Assembly (NCBI GenBank): GCA_951406725.2
Contig: OX597819.1
Coordinates: 21,948,001-22,012,000, forward strand
Source of the DNA: Octopus vulgaris
Taxonomy: Eukaryota
Direction of reading: 5' to 3'
Length of the DNA: 64,000 nt
Shown: positions 53,890 to 64,000 of the stretch, in pieces
How positions within the stretch are numbered: position 1 is the first letter of the stretch
Layout of the letters: each line of letters begins with the position of its first letter
Notes under the pieces: generated by a model
What the model saw: only the letters and a program-made list of their open reading frames with translations
Told to the model about the DNA's origin: nothing
The model's database searches: none
Made by a program: the position numbers and the translations under genes

Positions 53890-55110
53890 TGGTTTGTTGT
53901 TTGGATTCTCGCTTATGTGTGTGAACCCCAAGAATTATTATTTCTTTCGTCTTGCAATTAAAACGGTTTTGCCCTTCAGTAAACCATTCAGGTTTTATTT
54001 CTTGCACTGTCCAAGCGCTTTTTTTTCCCAGAGTTTTAGATATTACTCTATCCGAGTGTTTTTCACTTATTCATGTTCTTTAGCATCTCAGCTGTTATTT
54101 CCAACGATTATTCTACCGTTGTTCCTTTTGTTTTAAATATCCTTTCTAAAGTGATTCACTCACTGCTCATACACTTTTCTCACTCAAATATCCTCTCTTT
54201 TTGTTTCATAATTTTTCTCGTTTTCATGCTAAATTGTTTTCTTTTCTATTTCTACGTAGTTATTTATTTATCTATTTTTTGAGAGAAAAAAAATTAGTTT
54301 TTGGTTGAAGTCGAAACTGTTGCTTTTCATAACAACGGATCTTTTCAATGTAGCGAGGATCCCTTGTTTTATCTTTGAAAAAGTCTTTCTTTGTTTCAAG
54401 GAAAGGTTATGTATTGATTTTCGTTATTTAATTATTTCCACCTTTAGATTATTGCCATTTCAAAATGCCCTTCTTTACAACTTTCTACTGTTAGATGTTT
54501 CCCATTTATTCAAACTTTCGTTGACTCAGTTCTGATTCAGTAAGCTGAATCAATTATTCTGTAGGTATATTATAGTTTGATTTCTTTTTTGTTATATATA
54601 TTTTTTTTGTCTTTTTCTTTTGCAGTTGTTTCCTTTGTTTACGCAAAGTCTGATTTTGTAATTAACGTTTTAATGTTTATATTTTAATGAATATATTTTT
54701 TAATTGTTCGCATTTTCATTATGTGAGATATTTCCCTTCAAATAAAGAGTATATCTTTTGTTTGGATTAGCTTGTCTGTTGCGATCCAAAGCTACTTTCA
54801 CATCAAAGTTCTCTTTAATCCTGATATTATATGTAATAGTCTCCATTTGGATGCGGATAAAATGTGGCTATAAAATAAGCATGCAGTAAAGAAGTGCAAT
54901 GAATGTTCAAGCTTCTGTGGGGAAATTGCGTCAGCATCTGTTAAAATATGGTCCTTTATTTAGAGTGTCATTATTTTCATTTGTTATTCCCGTTTTTGTT
55001 TCCGACAATAGGTAAATTGCATTCAGCAATTTTCGTATATTTTAGGCATCCAATTTATAGTGTGTATTTCTCTTTTTTCCCCTTAGGCAGACTCTTAAGT
55101 TTGCGTCGGT
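53890..55110 (-). mobile_element. Heavily decayed R4/Dong-like 5' region (pre-RT)
   Basis: PEWFTEG followed after a frameshift by KTVLIA, resembling the PEW.T.G.T.LI motif; upstream frames are Lys/Glu-rich. Weak. Confidence 0.4.
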
Positions 55111-56309
55111 ATCGTTCTCCATTTGGTGTGTGTGTCGAGGGGAGCCAAGTTCATTTGGTATTGACGCCGTGTGCTCTGCTCGTACGGTTGCTGTCCTTGT
55201 TGTTTGTCTCTAAGTCAGCTACGCTTGTGCGTACCCATGATTAGAAATATTCCAGCATTGGTGTCCATATAATCGATTTGCTCCTTTCTCCGAAATTTCA
55301 GTCTAGAGTAGAAACGATATTAAGTTTCAACACAATAAAATTACAATAATATAATATATTATTTACACATTTATCTTACATTTTCGTTGGTTGGTACTTT
55401 GGGGGGGGGGGTCGTTATTGATTTACTGGTGCTGATGGATCAGTTTTTTAAGTTACCGAATTTGATAACATAAACACGCGTGGACACCTCAAACTCAAAA
55501 TTTCAGCAGCTTGTGTTCATGAAAAAATGAGTCAGCGGCAAAATTAGCTTGTGTGAGGCTCAACTTCGCATATAGTACCTGGGGTGATGTTTTGAGACAT
55601 TTCCCCCTTTTTGCTTTTGTAACTGCATCTAATATAATATCAGATACAATTGTAAAGTAGCGATATATGTTGTCATACAACGCAGTGTTGTTGTTATTTA
55701 ACCCTGATCAAGTATGCCTATGTAATCATTATAGCTTTATTTTTTCCAGGCACAGTAGTTTTAAGATGTGTTTGTGTTAAAAATAACTTGCAGTAAATTT
55801 AGCTGCTATTTCAGTTTGACTCTAGGTGCACTTATGTATCCATGACCTGTGTTCAGTATATCCTTTCATATTGCGAACAAGTATTTATATGTTAAATATA
55901 ATGTACTGTGTGCTTTCTTCACATTGTTACAGCTTGTCATTGAAGGAAGGGCCGCATTAGTTACTTTTTCTGAGCCACCAATATTAGTAGGAGAAAGGGA
56001 GAGTGTTATTCCCAGATCGAAGAATTAGCTCGGAAACCCTTGCAATAGAGCAGGCACCACTGAAGCATCTGCAGTGATGTTAAACCAGGCAGATATCAAG
56101 TCCACCACCCAAGAACAGGCATATTCCGTCCGATGCACATTCACCCAGCTGTTGCGAAATCAGTTTTAGTCACAGTTTATGGGTAGGGTCGAGACTATAA
56201 AAGCAAATATGTTTCCAAGTTGGCTTCGAACACAGAATCTTGTGATTGAGAAATGAACGTCTTAAACAAGCGACCGAACTTGCGACGTGATGTTTATTGT
56301 ATTGATCAA

Positions 56310-56440
56310 TATTGGTTTCAAATGTTGGCACAAGGCCACGAATTTCGGGGAAGAGTTTAAATCGATTATATCTACGCCAGTGCTTGACTGGTAATTATTT
56401 TATTGACTCCGAAAGTACGAAAGGCAAAGTCGACCTCACC
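56310..56440 (-). mobile_element. SINE family A old 3' fragment
   Basis: TTGGTTTCAAATGTTGGCACAAGGCC...GAAAGGCAAAGTCGACCTC. Confidence 0.75.
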
Positions 56441-56698
56441 GCATTATTGCGTAGCTTAATTTTGAGAAGATGTGACTGTATAAAATATGTGCTACATTTC
56501 TGCTAGAGAGTTAGGAGCTGACAGTGTAGAGGAGGATGTCGTCTGTAATTTGTGATAAATATTGCAGGTGTTTGTGTGTGTGTATATATGTCGTTGTTAT
56601 CATTTATTCTTAGATTTGCTGATTCAGAATGTGTTTATGGTTATATAAGGCTAAATTATCTTATGTGCTCTATCCTGTTTTAAGAAACTTGGCTTCTA

Positions 56699-57104
56699 TA
56701 CTCTTTTACTTGTTTCAGTCATTTGACTGTGGCCATGCTGGAGCACCGCCTTTAGTCGAGCAAATCGACCCCGGGACTTATTCTTTGTAAGCCCAGTACT
56801 TATCCTATCGGTCTCTTTTGCCGAACCGCTAAGTGACGGGGACGTAAACACACCAGCATCGGTTGTCAAGCAATGCTAGGGGGACAAACACAGACACACA
56901 AACATATACACATACTTATATATATATATATACATATATACGACAGGCTTCTTTCAGTTTCCGTCTACCAAATCCACTCACAATGCATTGGTCAGCCCGG
57001 GGCTATAGCAGAAGACACTTGCCCAAGATGCCACGCAGTGGGACTGAACCCGGAACCATGTGGTTGGTTAGCAAGCTACTTACCACACAGCCACTCCTGC
57101 GCCT
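56699..57104 (-). mobile_element. Full-length tRNA-derived SINE (family B, CORE-like; resembles octopus OR-type SINEs)
   Basis: Head AGGCGCAGGAGTGGCTGTGTGGTAAG, B-box GGTTCAGTCCC, core CTTGGGCAAGTGTCTT, internal (TA/TG)n, and tail AAACAAGTAAAAGAGTA. Confidence 0.92.
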
Positions 57105-58910
57105 ATCTCTAGCTTATTATGTAAATACTAAGTGGCGTCTGTCTTTGGCCCCAGTTGTATTATGACACTGAATCGTTATGTAAAATATATTGTGCAAGAT
57201 GAATTATAGAATTGCGAAGTGATTGTAGGGAAACTACTCAGTGACTTATAATGTGTGCAATAAATGCGGTCTATTTTATTGTGCTGGGAGATGTTTGTGT
57301 AGAATATTTATCGTGCAAGTTTTATTTAAAAGTGGTTAGTAAAATATTTCGTACAGGCTGTGTTATAGCATTGGGAAATGAGTTTATAGAAAATATACTG
57401 GAAATATTATAACAGATGGTGTTATAATATTGGGAGGTGGATCTTATTTCTGTTACTTGTTTCGGTCATTTAGACTGAAGCCATGCTGAAGGACGACTCC
57501 GAAGAGTTTTAGTCGAACGAATCGATCCCATTACCTAGAAGGTATTCTTTTGCGTCTGTTTCTTTTTTTTTTTGTCTGAGATAGCAACGCAGAAAACCTC
57601 CAAGATAGGATTCAATGATAACTAAGGCATAACTTACCCATAATAAAGTACAAATATTTGTGTATATTTGCATGTGTGCACATAGTTATATACGTGTATG
57701 TATTTGTGCACAACATATTTTTCTGATTTTTTTTATTCTTAGCTTACAATTAATATAAAGATAGCATGATTTATCGCCCCAGTAATCCATAAGTAAATAC
57801 CCAGAGCAATCTTTATAGAGACCATCTTATAAGTAAATAATTAAGTACAGGAATGAAAATTAAACTAATTCTATATAATCTTCCCTTTCTAATGTTGAAA
57901 ATTGCTATATATATATATAAGCAGTTTATCTATTCTGGTTATAATATTAATTTTTAGTAATCTTAAATTTTATCTTCATACAGCATAACAATATTGTTTA
58001 TATACAATCATCCATTCTACCCCATGATAGTTTACCTGGGAATTTACTTAAAGTGAAAAAAAGATCGTATGCAACAGATAAGTCGTCTTAATAACATATT
58101 TCTGTGTACCAGACCGTTAGCTCTTATTTTTAGCATAAGAGTTTTCTGGTGAGGGTTTCATTTGCCTTCATTGCCCGTTTGTTGCTTCAGTAGAAATCTA
58201 CGGATGCAGAAATACACAAAACGGAGAAAATGAAACAAATATGGACGACTTGTTCCAAAACACCCCCTAGTGGGGAACGTTTCTCAAAAATAGCCCCCAG
58301 TTGTTTTCCCCCCAAATTCTTATGCTCTTGAAATCTACATAGTCCAAGCTATATTTGTAGAGAATTTCGTTAAAAAATATCCTTTTTCTTGAAAGTTAAG
58401 ACGAATTGAAGTGGACGCCGGTGAATTTTCCGAAATTCCCCAGCCCACCCCTCTTAAAACACTTTTCCCCACAAACACATATTCCTCGAAATTTTCATTA
58501 AAAATATCCATTTTTCTGAAAGTTATGATCATCCAAATTCGGAGGTGCAGAAATCTGCAGGTATGCCACATCTTGATTTAGGGTCTTCCCCTACCAGGCT
58601 TCCTTTATAGACAATTACTTACACATTTCTTAAAATCCTGACAATATTTATGACCATACCCAACTATAAACTGTCAACTCACTCTCTCTGTCCATTCTAA
58701 ACAGACACTGTCCTCTAGCTTTTGCTCTATTAGAGAATTTGAGTAAAATTACATTCATGTGTCCAACCGATTAAAAACATTCTATTTATTTATGCAGCTG
58801 AGGATATCGCTGCATTTAAACTGATGTTATGATTGTAATGTTCAATTAAATGGAGCCGCTTGAAACGGTCGTACTGCATCACCTCTTGATATCCTGTTGC
58901 TTAATAATGT

Positions 58911-59480
<570 letters not shown>

Positions 59481-59815
59481 AAGCATATAAGCATGCAGGT
59501 ATGCACATAAAGATAGAAAGTATGAGAGGTGAATGTATATCTATTTAACCACGTGACGTCCTTAGGACTACGGCCGTTTCACAACCTTCTTCATTCAGTA
59601 TTAATATCAGTGTACAGTTTTGCATTAACACATATGATCAGCTTTATACATTACAAATGTACATCCACAAGTTAACTCACGGCAAGTCTGCTCATCAGAT
59701 CTTATACTGCTCATTTATATATAAACATATGTGCAATAATATATGAATGTGTGTGTGTGTTTAAATGTATATATAATATATGCGTGTAAATATATATGTG
59801 TCTATAGCTATACAC

Positions 59816-59862
59816 ACATACATACATACATACATACATACATACATACATACATACATACA

Positions 59863-59892
<30 letters not shown>
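59816..59892. repeat. (CATA)n microsatellite
   Basis: Read directly. Confidence 0.95.
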
Positions 59893-59893
<1 letters not shown>

Positions 59894-60379
59894 GTATATG
59901 TGTAATTTCTGCTAAATCATAATAAATTCAATGGTTTTCGAAATATCCTTCATATTTCAAAAAACTGAAAATATTTTCTTGTTCTTGTGATTTCTCAGAA
60001 TGCAATTTTATCTAAAGACAGTTTCGACTGAACATTTGCCGTAATGTAGCTTTTAATATTAATAATTTTAGTCAACATATTAGAAATAGAATGTGATCTG
60101 GCATGTATTCCTATTAAATTGCTAAATCTAATACGAGTGTATTTGTCTGAATATGTTTTTCAATCGATAATATAAACGTAGAAAGAAATATTAAAATGTA
60201 AACTAAACAAGCGTGTTTGTTGAATCTTTTCAAACTCATCCTTCCTCCTCTATCTGGAGAAATAAATGAATAAATAAAATAAATTAAATCGCAAAATAAC
60301 TATAATACTTTAAATTTATTAAAACTCTAAAGATTTGCTCCGTTTAAATTTATATGCTGCTATTCAATGAAAACCAAAA

Positions 60380-60416
<37 letters not shown>

Positions 60417-60665
60417 AAGGCACGCACACATGCACACACACGCATATGGATACGCACACACACACATACACACGTATGTATGCATGTATGTTTATGTATG
60501 TTTATGGAGTCGTATATAGACATGTTTGTGCATACATATCTATATATTTATATACGTATTTATCTACATGCGCAGATACCTGTGTGTAAGTAAACATGCA
60601 TGTATACCTATGTATATATATATGCATGCCTGTGTGTACAAATATATATGAATATATGTATGCCT

Positions 60666-60746
<81 letters not shown>

Positions 60747-60904
60747 CACATACTTGTATACTTATATATGCATATGTGTGTGTGTGTGCCTATGTGTATA
60801 TGTGTGTATGCATATTTATATGTATATATAAGGAAATAAATGTATGAATAAGCTCGCACCTATAAATGTGTGCAGTGTATGTGTGTGTATTAGCGTGTGT
60901 GAGT

Positions 60905-60953
<49 letters not shown>

Positions 60954-61350
60954 TGTGTGTGTGTGTGCGTGTGTGAATGAGAACGGTCTTCATAAATTTG
61001 AAACGTTATTAAAAGCCGAACGAGTGAATGGCATTATGGGGGAGGTTTAGTCACAAAATTTTACTGAAATCGAAGAGTAAGGCGGGTCTTTGGCGAGATT
61101 CATATTCGTTTCATTTTGTCAAAATATATTATTTAATTCCTTTCGATCAGTGAATGAGACCAACTCAAAAATACTTTATCCTTTTATATGAAGGAGAAGA
61201 AGAAAAAAGAAAAGTACAAGAAACATTCTGTTTGAAATTAATAAGTAATTTGGAACGAACTTACCTACCCACCTCTGCGTATGCACTCGCACACACATGT
61301 TTGTATATGCGTGTGTTTCTATATATATATGTATTTATGTATGTATATAT

Positions 61351-61432
<82 letters not shown>

Positions 61433-62767
61433 GGAGATAAATATAGATATGCACACGAATATATATTTATATATACATGCATACACACATACATACATAC
61501 ATACACTTATATATACACTCATGCATACATACATACATGCATACATACATACATACATGCAAACATACGTACTTACATACATACAAGCATACATAGTTGA
61601 GCTTGAGTTCTTTTTTATAGGTAAAAGAATACCAATTTTACAAGGTCTTGATTTTTACTTCGTCATCAAAAGCTTTTATGGAATTGAGTTGGAATGAAAG
61701 AGTGAAAGAAGACGAAAATCCACCAAGTTACACTAGAAATTTTCAAGAAACCAATACAAAAGCCAAATAACTTGACGTATTTGGATCTTGATATCATTTT
61801 ATAAAGAGTACTGCCAATGAAAATCGTATTAGATCTTGTTTGGATTTAAAGAAGAGATTTTACGAAAACGAGACAAGGTGTGGCTGATAGAAATGTACTG
61901 AGCTGTTTGATCTATTGATATTTAGTTTTATCAATTTTCCTTCTCCTTTTTTTTCTATCCATAACATTTTTAATATTTGCTAATTTTTATGTTATTTTCC
62001 GTTAATTTTTCTTTTGTTATGTTAATATAGAATCATTTCATATAACATCTGCTTTAAGAATAAGTAAGAATATTCAAACATTTCAACGCAGAATTCCTGC
62101 AAACATTTAAAGACATTGATTTAGTATCAACTTTTAATCACTTTCTTATCCAAAAAAAAAAGCTATATTTAAGATATTCTTTGTGAGCCTCTTTTCTTCA
62201 AATTTTTTATTGCCCTTTTTTTTTTGTCTGAACGCTTCAATTGCTTTGGTTTTTCTTTGTTTTTTTTTTTTTTTTCAATTTCTTTCAAGTAAACATTTAT
62301 CTCATATTCCACACCTGTCAGTAGTGAATGATTGCTATAAACTTCATATTATTGATATATTTATTAAAGAAAATTTGTCCGTTTAATTGACAATTCTTAA
62401 TAACGGCCGGCCAATATAAATCAGCGAGTTTGAAGTCTGTTAACCTTTGCTTGTTATAACGCGTCTTATATTTTAAGATAACTCCTTTATATAAGAGGTT
62501 AATGCCATAAATATCTACGATGGCTAGCCGAGAAAATGAGGAATTACGAGCTAGCTTGAGAGCTTTTAAGTGAGAACTCGACTTGAAAGAAACAGCAAGC
62601 CACGTCCGTCAAATTGGACAATACTATGTTTTAAAAATGCATGATGTATAAGACCAAGTAGTGTTTGACCTGAAACACGAAATGGGTTTTGTTTCTCTGC
62701 CATTAGTCGTAGTTCTGCTCGTGCAGGCCTGGTTTGGAAACTAAACAACAACGAGAGCATGCTTCCT

Positions 62768-62827
<60 letters not shown>

Positions 62828-63266
62828 TGTGTCTATGTGTGTATGTGTGTTTGTATATATGTGTGCATGTGTGCTGTGAAGCTTTCATGATCTGATCCCA
62901 ATAGCTGATACTCTGTTGTAAATATCGATATTGAAGCCACGTATTTGTGAAACAAACATTCTCACCTCGTCGTTATAGCTGTACTCATCTGTACTTGACC
63001 AAATCTAGCTTTGAACTAAACAACTATAACAGCATCAAACTATGGTGTAAATTAACCTCACTACTACAAATCAAATGCACAAGTATAAACAGTTCTTCCA
63101 TAGGGTAACTATTTATGTCTACTGCAATATTTAATCCGTTACGAAGAGAAAAAATAATTAGATTAAAATATCTATCCATGTACCATACTTAATGCATATA
63201 CATCAGGGAAGTCAAATTGGCTGCGGTATTCGTCCGGAGATAAAAATTTTATGGACGTACTTTGTT

Positions 63267-63316
<50 letters not shown>

Positions 63317-63925
63317 TATATCAGTAGCAGCAGACGAAAATCATCCAAAGGTGGTGATGAGAATGTTAGATGCGCGTTTCTGATTTTTGGGGCTTTTGTC
63401 AGTAACATGTCCTCACTACCAACTGCATACGAACACAAAATCCGCCGTCACTCTACAGGTAAAAAGGATTAAAACATCAGTGGTGTTGCATTTAGTTCGT
63501 GGCTGGCAATGAGCCCCTGCTACCTTAATATACTTATGTTTTCAAATACGACATGTCTAGAAAAGATACTGTGTCCGGACGAACACCGCAATTAACTTGC
63601 CTTTCCTGATGCATTTGCATTAGGTACAATATACTTCGGGTTGGTACAATATTATCTGATAATACAGACAATTTTTAGACATGTTTCGAACTAATTAGAC
63701 TTTCTCTGCAAGGCATGATTTACCATACTTGCCAGAATAGTGATGAAAGAATTACTTAATACACGCGGTGTACCCTGGCAGCAGTTATTACAAGGGAGAT
63801 AATCATATCTAGATAATTCATGGTGGGATTAGAAGCGTGAATTTTAAATCAAAACATAACATATTTAATTTTTTCTCTTCATCACTGATAGGTTAAATAT
63901 TTTTTAGTCATTCGGCAGTCTTGTA

Positions 63926-64000
63926 CGTGGTCTGATCAATAAGTATCCAGACTGTTGCCTAAGTAACGATGCCAAAGCACGCAGAGTGAAGCGGTTCGAC
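63926..64000 (+). mobile_element. Probable mariner-type terminal inverted repeat; element runs off the window
   Basis: TA followed by CGTGGTCTGATCAATAAGTATCC, resembling mariner termini (compare 35355). Confidence 0.5.

Noticed and set aside
58180-58600. Region with a ~38-bp internal direct repeat (58362 and 58488), MITE/Helentron-like
   Set aside because: Single copy in the window with no definable termini.

Overview
This is AT-rich, repeat-dense eukaryotic DNA with no recognisable intact host protein-coding gene. It is probably intergenic or part of a large intron. The SINE families and the dense (TA)n/(CA)n/(GATA)n microsatellites resemble a coleoid cephalopod (Octopus-like) genome, which is an inference from recalled repeat families and not a database result. 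The window contains about five tRNA-derived SINE families (several with clear target-site duplications, TSDs), two copies of a non-autonomous Helitron, decayed LINEs (CR1-group, RTE, HERO-like, R4/Dong-like), Penelope-like fragments and Tc1/mariner relics. Nearly all ORFs in the supplied track are microsatellite artefacts. The most interesting signals are at the RNA level. (i) Several hammerhead-ribozyme-like motifs occur: a minimal type I motif behind a Penelope GIY-YIG end, a four-copy non-coding mini-element with an atypical CUGUUGA(A/U) core, and a type II-like motif in a HERO LINE 3' region. (ii) Three structured islands are not explained by the annotated repeats (36559-36658, 39477-39736, 41702-41837). 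(iii) An RTE LINE ends in three C2H2 zinc fingers. (iv) A dimeric SINE is present whose shorter copies all stop at the arm junction. None of these has been verified computationally or experimentally.
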